Source of the DNA: Mobula hypostoma
Lineage: Eukaryota
Assembly (NCBI RefSeq): GCF_963921235.1
Contig: NC_086101.1
Span: 6,202,001 to 6,266,000, forward strand
Length of the DNA stretch: 64,000 nucleotides
Reading direction: 5' to 3'
Shown one piece after another: positions 51,091 to 63,048 of the stretch; position 1 is the first letter of the stretch, and every line of letters starts with the position of its first letter. Under the pieces are notes generated by a model. That model had not been told where the DNA came from, made no database searches, and saw nothing but the letters and a program-made list of their open reading frames with translations. The translations under genes were made by a program, and so were the position numbers.

Positions 51091-54049
51091 ATTTGCAAAG
51101 CAATCCTCCACTACCACCCTCTGCCTCCTACCACAAGCAAATGTTTCATCCAGTTAACACACAAAATGCTGACGGAGCTCAGCAGGCCAGGCAGCAGCTA
51201 TCAAAAAATGTACAGTTCATGTTTCAGGCCAAGAACCTTCTCTGGTCAGGTATCTACAGGTTGCTTGTGAAACCATTCCAGACCACACTTCACAAAGTCT
51301 ACCCTGTCCAATCGATCAGTACTTTGTCTGTCCCAGTCACTAGTCTCTGACCATTACAACCCTGATATTCCAACAGCATTCTCCGTACACATGGGCTCTT
51401 CTGATTCTCACTGACATTTTGGATCCTATAGTACAATCCCAACAAAGTGACCATCTCCATATTTCTAACTCCTACCAATATACTCTCACTGGCCGTTCCC
51501 CACAAGGATCTCTCTAAGTGCTGTGGTGATGTTCTCCCTAATCAACATCACAACTCCCCCTCCTCTCTGACCTCCACTTCTGTCACGTCCTTTGCATCTG
51601 TGGCACAGTGAGGTGGTTTTGATCTTCAATGGGACAGCAGGTGTGTGGGGCTGAACAGCCTCCTCTTGCTGCTATTTCTGATGTTCAGAGCTGTGAACAG
51701 ACTGAACTGAGGGAGGATAGAAGGGGTCGGGGAATGAATAGAGGTGTAGAACAGGAGGGTGGTCCCAAGTAAACAGACACCTGGCAAGTGAGCGGCTTTA
51801 AAACTGAGTTTGTAAAGGTTCAGGATCAGCCTGTCCTTGTCAGAGTGAATGGCGAGACTGTAGGGATGAGGGAACCCTGGCTGACGAGGGTTATTGAGGC
51901 TCTGGTAAGGATGGAGTTGTGTGTCAGATGAAAGCAGCTGGGATCAGATGAATCCCTCAAGGAGCAGAAGGGATGCAGAAAAACACTGAGGAGGGAAAAA
52001 TATCAGGAGGCCAAAAGGGAGTTTGAGCTAGCTTTAGCAGGTAAGATGAAGGAGATTCTACAAATGATTCTACGAGTCTCTGAATCAAAGAGGGTAAGGA
52101 GTGAGGTATTATGTCCCTTGAAGGATCAGGGTGGTCATCTCTGTGTGGAGACACAGCAGATGGGTGAGGTCTGAAATAAATACTTCTCATCTGTATTTAC
52201 TGTGGAGAAGGTGATGGAGCTGGGGAATTTAGGGAGGAGAATATGAATGTCCTAAAACATACCGACATTAGAAAGGAGGCTGGCCAGCTTAAACACATAA
52301 AGCTGAATAAATCCCAGGGTCTGACCCAGTGCATTCTCTGTCATGGTGGGAATCCAGGGAAAAAATTGCTGTGTCCCTGGCTGTGATATTTCAAACACTG
52401 AACACAGAACAGTACAGCACAGGAACAGGCCATTCTGGCCACGCTGTCTATGCTGACCATGATGTCACCCCGTTTGCCTGCAAATCATCCATTTCCTCCA
52501 TTCCCTGTCTGTTCATTTCCCTGTTTAAATGTCTGTTTAACATCATGATCGTATCTGCTTCCACCACTCCCCAGCCCGGCCGCGCATTCCAGGAAGATAC
52601 CACTCATTGTGTCCAAAAACATTCCTTGAACATCCCGGTTCAACTTTGACGATCTTACTTTAAAGCTTTACCCTTCACGTCGTGTCCTCAGGGAGATTAG
52701 ACTGACTGAGACTGTCTCATAATTAGAAGAATAAGAGATGGTCTCACTGGCACAGACACAGTCTCACTGCGTATTGACAGGGTAGAGGCAGGAATGATGT
52801 TTCCCCTGGATGGGGTGTGGAACCAGGGGTCACAGACTCACAATCAGAGGTCGCCTAAGCAGGACTGAGATGAGGAAGAATTTCCTCTCCCAGTGTGCGG
52901 TGAGTATTTGGAATTCTTTACAAAAGATTTCTGGATTTAAGGGGAACAGTGATGATGGGATGGTGCAGGAAATTGGCACTGAGGTCAATGATCAGCCATG
53001 TTCTGAGTGAAGGGCAGAGCAGGAGCAAGGGGCCGAATGGCCACTCCTGCTCCTATTTCTCATTTTCTTCAAACACAAATCGATCTTTGTGTCGTTTAAT
53101 TTTTTTGTCTTCAGTCTGTTGGATTACACAGGGGAGCGGTAACCAATGCACTCTGTGTAGAGCATCCTCTGTACCCCGTATTGACTGTATTCACTCCACT
53201 GTCTCCAATGCATGTAACAGTATGCAGAGTTTGTTGTATTCATTGTTTTGTATCCAGTGAGAAACACGTCTGTGGAAGCGCCCGGGATACTTTACTGCAT
53301 TTACACAGCGACTGTACTTGAATACCAGTTGTTGTTGTTGACTGCTGCGTCCACAACTGCTGAACATAGAACATTGGACAATACAGCTCAGGAACAGGCC
53401 ATTCGGCCCACAGGTCTGTGCTGAACATCTGCAAGTTCAATTTCATCCCATCTGCCTGTACATGGTCCAGAACCCTCCATTCCCTGTCTGTTCATGTGTC
53501 TGTCTAAATATCACTGAAATGTTGTTGTTGTATCTGTTTCCACTACCTCCCCTGACAGCGCGTTCCAGGCACCGACCATTCTCCGTGTAAAACAAACTTG
53601 TCTCAATCTCCTTTAAACCTTCTCTTCTCCTTATATTTACTCCCTGTTGTATTTGACATTCTCACACTGAGGATAAATAGGCTCCGACTGTCTATCATGT
53701 GTCAGTTGTTGTTGTTGACTATTTCCTCGACAGCTGCTGAAGCACCGTGTTCCCAGATTTCTGCAGCCTGTGATTCCCTCAGTCTGTAATGCCCCCTCCC
53801 TGGTAAGGAGAGGGGGTGTGGACCAGAGTAATTCTCCACAACTCCTGCTGGACAGTGGGGAGCAGCGAGTGTGCACTTGACATCTGTTGGCAGAATCCGT
53901 CCCGACTGGGTGAAAGCAGAGTGTGAGAGCGAATAACTGGAGCAAATCCGCCACCTGCTGGCCGCACCGGGAAATGCACCTTCTCCAGCCGTCTCCTCGA
54001 ATTGGCTTGAGAGCAAAGTATAAAATGCCCGCTTAAGTCTCTGTGTCTG

Positions 54050-57000
54050 TGTGACCACGTAGCGGCGTTCAGAGGATGTGAGTATTTTATCAAGGCAAAG
54101 CAGATGCAGGTTGTTAGTAACCAACAAGAAATGTCATATGCTGAGGCAGTAAAGAAAGTTGATAAAGAGCACAGGATAAGTAAAGAAAAGATTGGAAGGA
54201 TGGGGAGTCAGCGCATTCCGTGGGCTCCAACTATGGTTCCTTCAGACATGCTGTTGATGACTAAAGAGTCTTTTTTGGCGTTTGTTGTTGATGTATTGGT
54301 CGGGGCTAAAACTACAACCAAGAGGTCGGAAACGATAAAAGAAGTACGATAAAAGGAGCTGCAGAGAGATTCCTGGATATGAAACAGGCTTTACCGGAAA
54401 CATTACATGAGTATATGACAGACAAATAATCTCTGAATACTTCCCAGTTGTCGGGGTTAGAGAGTATGGAGGAGCTTTATGTGGATGAAAAGTCCGATAA
54501 TTAGTATTTGGATGTTTTTAATATGACAATGGAATGCAAGAAGTTTAATTGCAAATAGTCAAGAATTAATAAGATTTGTTGGAACTTTTAAAGACAAGCC
54601 TGATTTGATCTGTATACAGGAGACATGGTTAAAGCCTCATTTAGATTTTGTAATCCCTAGATATGATAGTTTGAGAGCTGATAGAACGGGTAAATCTGGT
54701 GGAGGGTGTGCAACTTTCCTAAGAACAGGACTCCAGTTTAGAAGTCTTGATTTTAAATCTAACCTTGAATTTGTGACCGTGGAGGTTTGGAGCTCTCGAG
54801 GTCAAACAGCTTCGATTAACTTTTATAATCCATGTAATATGATGATGTTATCAGATTTTGATGGAACTATGAATAAGGTAAGATCCCCGGTAATCTGTGT
54901 TGGAGATTTCAATGCCCATAATCCTATATGGACTAGTAGTAAAAGTAAAGATATTAATGGAGAGGTAGTAGAGGAGTTTAAAGATAAATACAACATGGTT
55001 CTTCTAAACGAAGGAAGGCCTACAAGATTGAATATTGTAAAGAATACTTGTAGTCACTTAGACTTATCAATCACTTCCTCAAACTTAGCCAGTGTTGGGG
55101 AATGGGATGTTATAGACAGATACACACTGGGAAGTGATCACTATCCTATATTATGTAGATTTGCTAGAAATTTGATGGTAGAAGTTGAGTAGAATGCTGT
55201 GACGTATAATTATTCTTTTGCCTGTTGGGTCCCTGAGAAAGTTGTGGATATCATTGAAGAGATTGATACAGAGGAGTCCATAGACGATTGGAATTAAAAA
55301 TGCAAAGAGGGATAGTTGGAGAAGATGTTATGGAACCCTGGGCCCTGAGACACCTATAAAGCAGCTATTGACGATCATTCACAGAATGTCAAGGATATAT
55401 AGGAAACCATCTATCCCAGCTTTGCTGGAAGCAGATATTGAAGCTGTAACCAATAAGGAAAAGGCTGATATGTTTGTAGAGGTGTTCCAAGCGTTACACA
55501 GTTCTGGAGAGTTAGGTGATTTGAGAAAGGAAATTATGTCAAAGGAAAGTTGGAAATTGGACAGGAGTTTGGATGATAATAGCTCCATAAATTTGTTTTC
55601 TGCCCTTCAGGAATTGCAGGAATCTGTCCAATCAGGTTCAAACAGTTCTCTGGTAGGGATGGACTGTGTTATGAATTGCTTAAGCATTTAGATGACTCAG
55701 TATTAATAGAAATGCTAGCATTGTTTAATTCAGTGTGGAAGGAAGCAAAATTACCAGTAGAATGGAAGCATGCGGTGGTAGTTCCAGTTTTAAAGCCAGG
55801 TAAAGACGCGTCGAGTCCTAACTCGTATCGGCCTCTGGCTTTAACATCAGTGCTTTGTAAAACTATGGAACGAATGGTCACCAATGGACTTGTTTATTTT
55901 TTTAGAAAATAAGGGACATTTTGCTGCCTATCCAAATGGTTTTAGAACTGGAAGATCAACAATGGAAGCTGTTGCCCTTTCAGATCATGATATTAAAAAG
56001 CGTTTCAAAATAGAGAAGCAATGGTAAGTGTATTTCTAGATATTGAAAGAGCATATGACTCACTATAGAAGGATGGTTTATTAATTAAACTCTATGATGC
56101 GGGAATTAGAGGTAGAATGTTTAATTGGATCAAAGATTTTCTAAAGGAAAGGACAATTCAAGAAAGAATAGGCGGAACAAGCTCCAAGTGAGTTAAAATA
56201 GGTAATGGTACCCCTCAAGGAAGTGTCATTAGTCCAGTTCTTTTTAATATCATGATAAATGATATCTTTGATCAGGTAGCGACAGGATTTGGCAAATCGT
56301 TGTTTGCAGACGATGATGCAATCTGGAAAAGAGGAGGAAACGACAACTATATATTAAAGCAGGTACAAAGGCTTTAAGATCAGTTGAAAACTGGCCAGAT
56401 AAATGGGGTTTCAGGAATTATGCTTCTAAGTCCAAATATATGATTTTTGGCTTTAGAAGGAAGATTCCTGATTGTGAATTGTGTCTATATAATTCTCCAT
56501 TAGAAAAAGACAAGATATTCAAGTTTTTAGGTGTCTGGTTTCATGAAAGACTTAAAAACGTTTGTACTTGGAGGGATCATATAGATAAAACAATTGGAAA
56601 GTGTGAGAAAGTTTTAAACGTTATGAGAAGTATTGCTAGATGTGACTGGGGAGCAGGGCAGCACACTATGTAATTAATAGATCTAGCTATGATTAGATCA
56701 GTTCTTGATTAAGGTTGTATTGCTTATGGTTCTGCTGCTACGGCGGTGCCAGAAAAATTAGACACTGTGCAGTGCAAAGCACTTAGACTCTGTTGTGGAG
56801 CTTTTAGAACAACATCAGTCCCTGTGTTATGTGTGGAGATGGGAGAAGTGCCTCTACGTTTGAGACGAGTTCAGTTGGGCCTGCAGTCTTGGGCAAAACT
56901 AAATGGCTTCAATCACAGCTGTCCATCAAAATGTCTTTTGCAGGGGAAGTCGGAACGCCAAAGTAAAATTAAAAGGTAGCCATTTTTAGATGTGGTTAAT

Positions 57001-57570
57001 AACTGGGCTATGAAATTGAAACTGATTGAGGAAGACATAGCTGACCAAATTTGCTTGCCACCCGTTCCTTTTTGGCTCTTGCCAGAACCAGAAGTAGACC
57101 TATTCCTCCTTCTTCAGCCTCAAGGAAGCAGAGCAATTTCAACAGCATCGATCATAAATGAATATTTAAATAATAAATGGGGATCTTATCTGAAGATTTT
57201 TACTGATGGCTCAGCGGACCCAGAGAGCAGTAGGGCAGGATTTGGGATGTATGTGTCTCAACTTGGAGCTAAGATTGGTCACCGGGTTTCAGATGGTGTT
57301 CTGTCTTTGCAACAGAATTATCAGCAATCCTCTGGGCCTTATGGTGGATAGAAGACTCTCAACCACGTAGGGTTATCATCTGTTCGGATTCTGCTGCTGC
57401 CATAGAGTCTATAAAAGGGAATTAATCAGAAGCTCATCCTGACATAGTTATTGAGATTCTCTTAGTGTTGTTTAGAGTAGGGAAGATGGGTTGTGCAGTC
57501 GGATTTTCATGGATACCTGGGCATGCTGGGGTGGAGGGTAATTAAATTGTGGATGGCATTGCAAAAGAAA
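54050..57570 (+). mobile_element. Degenerate I/Nimb-type LINE: ORF1 C-terminus, ORF2 with APE, RT and RNase H
   Basis: DHVAAFRGC zinc-knuckle end and MSYAEAVKK; ICIQETWL, GDFNAH, SDH; RT; IFTDGS, ICSDS, WIPGHAGVEGN. Confidence 0.9.
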
Positions 57571-57599
57571 AAAACCCTTTTAACTAAAGCTACAACATT

Positions 57600-57725
57600 C
57601 TTCAAATCCTTCCTCATCCTTCATTCTTCAGTCCTGACGAAGAGTTCCGGCCCGAAACGTCGACTCATCGTTTCTGACTGATGCTGCCCGACCTGCTGAG
57701 TTCATCCAGCGTACTGAAAGTGTTG
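57600..57725 (+). mobile_element. Penelope-like pLTR fragment with minimal hammerhead motif
   Basis: AGTC CTGACGA..GAAAC GTC GACT followed by GATGCTGCCCGACCTGCTGAGTTCATCCAGC. Confidence 0.7.
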
Positions 57726-57919
57726 ACTTAAATGTATTTTGGTTTTCTATTAAATCTTTGTTTGACCACCAGGAGAACCAACATATGATTGAAGAATCTA
57801 TTATTCAGTTTATACGTGCGACTTGTTTCTATTCGGGAATCTGAGTTTCTTGAAATTATATAAGTAATTATACATCCTGCGGAGGGCAGTAATACGTCTA
57901 GATGCGACTACACAGGAGC

Positions 57920-58242
57920 GGGGAGAGGGGAGAGGAGAGAGGGCAGAGGGGGCAGAGAGGGAGACGGGGAGGGGGGAGAGGGGAAGAGAGAGGAGGAGGG
58001 GAGAGGGGGAGAGGGGGGAGGGGGAAGTAGGAGAGGGGAGAGGGGAAGGGGAGGGGAAGGGAAGGGGAGAGGGGAGAGGGAAGATGGGAGAGGGAAGAGG
58101 GGGAGGGGAGAGGGGAGGGGAGGGGGAGTGGGGAGAGGGGAGAGGGGGAGGGGGAGAGGGGAGGGGGAGAGGGGAGGGGGAGAGGGGAGGGGGAGGAGAG
58201 AGGGGAGAGGGGGAGAGGGGGGAGAGAGGAGGGGGAGAGGGG
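57920..58242. repeat. Polypurine (G/A) low-complexity tract
   Basis: ~320 nt almost entirely GGGGA/GAG units. Confidence 0.95.
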
Positions 58243-58479
58243 ATTGGTGAGTTTTGATAACTTTCCTGTGTTTGAAGTGAAGATGGGTGTGGAAGCTGGG
58301 GAATTTGTTGAATTTTCAAACATCTACATTTCCGTCCTATCTGATGTACTGCTGCTTTGTAAAACCGTCGTTCATCGTTGTTCATATCCTGAATTCAGTG
58401 CTCTGCCAATCCTGATGATAGATGTAAGAAAATTCAATCTACGGATAGGGATACCGAACAGCCTGAATATCTCCGTCGC

Positions 58480-58835
58480 GATTCCCATCCCCTTTTCACT
58501 CTCCACCTCATCTCCTTGCCTGTCCATCGCCACCTTTTGGTGCTCCTCCGCCTTATTATTTTTTTCCATGGCCTTCTGTCCTCTTCTATCAGACTCCCTG
58601 TTCTCCAGCCCTATATCTCCTTCACTAAATAACTTGGCAGCGCTCTGCCCTCTCGGTTTCTATCACCTCGTGTTTCTTTCGCCCCTCCCCACACACCTTT
58701 TAACTCTATTCCTCATCCTGCCAAAGGGTCTCGGCGCGAACTGTCTACTGGACTCAGCCTGGCCTGCTGAGTTCCTCCAGTATTTTGTGTGAGTGGCTCG
58801 GATAGCCAGCATCTGCAGATTTTCTCTTGTTTGAG
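58480..58835 (+). mobile_element. Penelope-like 3'/pLTR remnant
   Basis: Pyrimidine-rich region, degenerate CTG..AAGGGTCTCGGC.CGAA, then GCCTGGCCTGCTGAGTTCCTCCAG..GCATCTGCAG. Confidence 0.6.
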
Positions 58836-60699
58836 CCTGAATATCTGCGCAGCTTCGCGACGCAATACCGCCACCCGCTGCTGTAAACTGTAACTTTCAG
58901 CTGGAGCAAATTCAAAGTGAATTTATTACCAAAGTACGCATCTGTCAAGATGCAGGACAATGAAATTCATTTTCTTAGCAGCGTTTACAGCAAATATAAT
59001 CGAATTTTGTGAAGATAACCGTAAACTAAAACAAGCAATCAATGTGCAAAAGGGGAAAATTTCTGCAAATAGGCATCGAATAATAGAGCACTACAGCACA
59101 GAAACAAACCCTTCGGCCCATCTGTGCCAAACTCTTATTCTGTCTCGTCCCATCAAACTGCACCTGGACAATAGCGCACCCATGCATGTACTTATCCAAA
59201 CTTAAACATTGAAATTGAACAACTTCTGCAAGAATCTTCTTCTGCACTTGCACCACTCTCTCAGTGACACGTTCCCCCTTGATATTTCATCCTTCACCCT
59301 TAAGCTCTGAACTCTACTTGTAGTCTGATTCAAACACAGTGGGAAAGCCTGCATGTATTTCCCCTGTATATACTGTACCACTCATAATTGTGTATATCTC
59401 TATCAAATCGTTCCTCATTCACCTAAGCTCCAGGGAATTATGCCTATAACTCAGGTCCTCGACGTCCTTGTGAAGTTTCCCTGTACTCTTTCAATTTTAC
59501 CGACATCTTTCCTGCAGGAAGGTGACCGGAACTGCACACAATACTACAAATTAGTCCTCACCTATGTTTTGTCCCTCTGTCGTACTGCACTCCTCAGTGC
59601 ACTAACATTCACCGTGTAAATCCTACCCTGGGTTGTCCTCCACAATGTGCAGCACCTCACTTATCTGGGTTAAGTTCCATCTGCCACTTTCAGCCCATCT
59701 GTCCGGCTGGTCCAAAATCCAGCTGAATGCTTGGAAAGTCTGCCTGGTTGTCCACTACGCTCCAAACTTGTCATCTGCAAATTTGCTGATTCCGTTTACC
59801 AGAGTATCATCCAAATCGTTGAAATTGAAGACAAACAAATGTCCCAGCATCGATCCCTGCAGCACCCCACCGGTCACAGGCGTCCTGTCAGAGACGCAAC
59901 CAAACGAAAAGAAATAAATTGTGCCGTCCTTGAAAGCTGGTCTGTCACTCGTGGAATTAGTTCAGAGTTGTGGTGAGTGAAGTTATCCGCGCTGAATCAG
60001 GAGGCAGGGTAAATTTATCATCAAAATATGAAGAACAGGAGTAAGAATTTATTTTTACGCAACGTGAACATTGACAGCCGGACCAACATTGTCTGCCCAC
60101 TAACTGTCCTTGAAAAGGTTGAAATGAGCGACCTCAGCTGCTGCAATCCGTGTGCCGTCATGCACTTAAATCACTTCCTTAACAATGACATAAAATGGTC
60201 AGTATTCTATTAGTAGATGAAGTGATTGGATAATGAACCACTGTCATTAATTAGTGCAATTTACTATCCCAACTTCTACACCAAGTCAAAGTGAAAAGCA
60301 CCATCGACCCATCAGCTTGCTGCCTCTCCTGTCCCTTTCCCTCGGAATCCTGGATTGTGCTGCTGTCACCGCTCCTCCCAGGTCGGTGAAGGTATCTAAC
60401 ATCGGAATCTGTTCACTCCCTCTGCTCCAATTTCCCTTCACCCCAGAAAACAGGTCCAGCTGATTAATAGATTGGCCGTTCCTTCATGATCGTGGAGTCC
60501 AAATCTCGCTGCCTGGCAACAATTTGGGAACTCCTTTACTATACAGCAAATGTTCATCTCCTGGCGATGCCGAGATTCTGTAAACAATAAATTTTTGGCT
60601 CAGTTCCAGTCGAGAGTTGCAGCATTTTGTGCCTGTTCTGCTGTACCCGTTTTCACCAGCAGGAGGCGACCCTGCACCATGAAACTGACATTTTACGGT

Positions 60700-61098
60700 C
60701 AACACACATCAAAGTTGCTGGTGAACGCAGCAGGCCAGGGAGCATCTCTCGGAAGAGGTACAGTCGACGTTTCAGGCCGAGATCCTTCGTCAGGACGAAC
60801 TGAAGGAAGAGCTAGTAAGAGATTTGAAAGTAGGAGGGGAGGGGGAGATCCAAATTGATAAGAGAGAACAGGAATGGGAGGGATGGAGCCAAGAGCTGGA
60901 CAGGTGATCGGCAAAGGAGATATGAGAGGATCATGGGACAGGAGGCCCAGGGAGAAAGACAAGGGGGGGGGGGATCCCAGAGGATGGGCGAGGGGTATAG
61001 TCAGAGGGACAGAGGGAGAAAAAGGAGAGTGAGAGAAAGAATGTGTGTATATAAATAAATAATGGATGGGGTACGAGGGGGAGGTGATTCATTAGCTG
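60700..61098 (-). mobile_element. Penelope-like 3'/pLTR fragment truncating PRY/SPRY copy D
   Basis: End nearly identical to 10709-10803; hammerhead core at 60762-60797. Confidence 0.7.
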
Positions 61099-61220
61099 GA
61101 CTGTGAACCTCTTCCCGGTGTCAGGGAGATTCCTACAGGTCTCGGTCCGTCTCACAATCTTCCGGTCCTCAGACACCTCGAGCCCCGGATTCGCTGTTTC
61201 TACAACCAGGGTGACAGAGA
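61099..61220 (-). pseudogene. PRY/SPRY terminal exon, copy D, only first ~40 codons
   Basis: cacag acceptor intact; VSVTLVVETANPGLEVSEDRKIVRRTETCRNLPDTGKRFTV then runs into Penelope-like sequence. Confidence 0.85.
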
Positions 61221-62277
61221 CTGTGGTGGGGCGGGGGGGGGGGGGGGGAAGAAGCAGAGAATTAGCGCCCCCGAAAATCGGAGGGAGACACGGGCAGCGC
61301 GGTCCCATTACCGGGGGGGTGTGGGGAGAGCCCGCTGGGACTCAGGTACCATTACTACCTGACCAGCATCATTTTCCAGTGATCCAATATCAACTCTCAC
61401 CTCCCTTTCATTTATGCAACTGAAAAAAAATTTAGTATCCTCCTTATATTATTGGCTAGTTTGCGAACATATTTAATCTTTTCCCATCTTATGCCTTTTT
61501 GCATTTTAAAAACTTCCCAATCATCCAACCCCACTCACTTTTGCTACCTTACATGCCCTTTCCTTGGCTTTCATGCCGTCCTTAACTTCCCTTGTCTGCC
61601 ACGGTTGGCTCGCCCTGCTATCTGAGAACTACTTCTGTGGGACATATCTCTCCTGCGCCTTCTCCCCATAACTGTTGATGCCATGTCCAAGCAAGATCCT
61701 GTCAAGCTCTGCCTTAAATACCCCCAAGGATCTGTCCTCCACAGCTGCCTGTGGTAATAACTTCTACAAATTCCCCACCCTTTGGCTAAAGAAATCAGAA
61801 TCAGGTTTATTATCACCGGGGTGGGTTGTGAAATTTGCTTGTACACAGTGGCTCTGTTTTAAATGGGCGCCGTTCTATCTGAGGCTGTGCCCTCTTAGCC
61901 TTGACTCTCTCACCATGGGAAACATCCTTTCCACATCAACTCTGTCTGAGCCGTTCAATATATGAAAGGTTTCAATGTCATCCCGCCCCACCATACTTCT
62001 AAATTCCAGCGAGTACAGACCCAGAGCTATCAAATGTTCCTCATATGATAACCCTTTCATTCACGGAGTCATCCTTGTGAACTTGCTTTGGACTCTCTCC
62101 AATGGCAGCATGTCTTTTCTAAGATGAGGGGCCAAAACCTGTTCACATTATTCAAGGTGAGGCCTCACCAGTGCCTTATAAAGCCTCAGTATCACATCCC
62201 TGCTCTTGTATTCTAGACCACTTCAAATGAATGCTAACATTGCATTTGCCCTCCTCTCCATCGACTCTGCCTGCAAG

Positions 62278-63048
62278 TGTCATAGTCCGGTCCGTGAAGT
62301 CCGTATTCCGGTTCACAGTCCAGTCCATCGACCCTTGCTCCAGGTTTTCCTATCTAACCTGTTTCTGTCGTGTTGAGCTCTAATTGAGGCAGCTGATGCT
62401 AGTTGGGGCTGGCTGCATAAATATCTCCAGAGACCAGGATTGTTCTTGTCCTTACTCCTTGGATCCCTTCCTCTGCCTTCTGTTTCCTCACCTGAAGCCC
62501 TGCCTTCTCTTGCCAGTAACTCTCACCTCGTCTGAAGGTCTGTCTCACCTTGCTTTGCCAGTAGCCTTGCCTTGTCTTGCTGTCTGGTTCTGGAGCCACC
62601 CTGTACCTCGCTCCTTTCCTGTCCCTCGCCTCCGCCCAGGTAAGCCAGGCCGTCTTGTCATTACCTGCGGTTGGTTCTGTCCCTCCCTGTCCCTTGCCTC
62701 TGTCGGGTGGTGACCCGTGCCCTGCCCAGGTGGAGCCCAGCCTCGCCTCAGGTCTCGGGCCTCGTGCTTCCAGCCTGAAGACTCCAGCCTCGTCCTGCCT
62801 GCCTGCCAAGCCTCGTCCTTGCCTAGTTCTGGGGTCCGAGCCAGAGGCAAGACCCAGGTACTGGGTCCTTGTCCAGTCTGTGGCTCGGAGTCCAAGCCCG
62901 GGCTCCTAGCTCTCTTGTTCAGTCCTGTTCCAGGTTCCTGATTTTCCTGTCCATGTCCTTGCCATCGCCCTGTATCCTAGTCCTGTTCCTAGTACTTCAG
63001 TGTCTGTGTCTTGAACTTGAGTCCGTTCCCAGCCACCACCTTATGACA
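62278..63048. mobile_element. Solo LTR (771 bp)
   Basis: TGTCATA..TATGACA termini; 5-bp TSD GCAAG (62273-62277, 63049-63053); empty site at ~23912 in the paralog. Confidence 0.9.

Noticed and set aside
57810..58385. Proline/serine-rich proteins (191 aa and 141 aa ORFs)
   Set aside because: Translation artefacts of the polypurine tract
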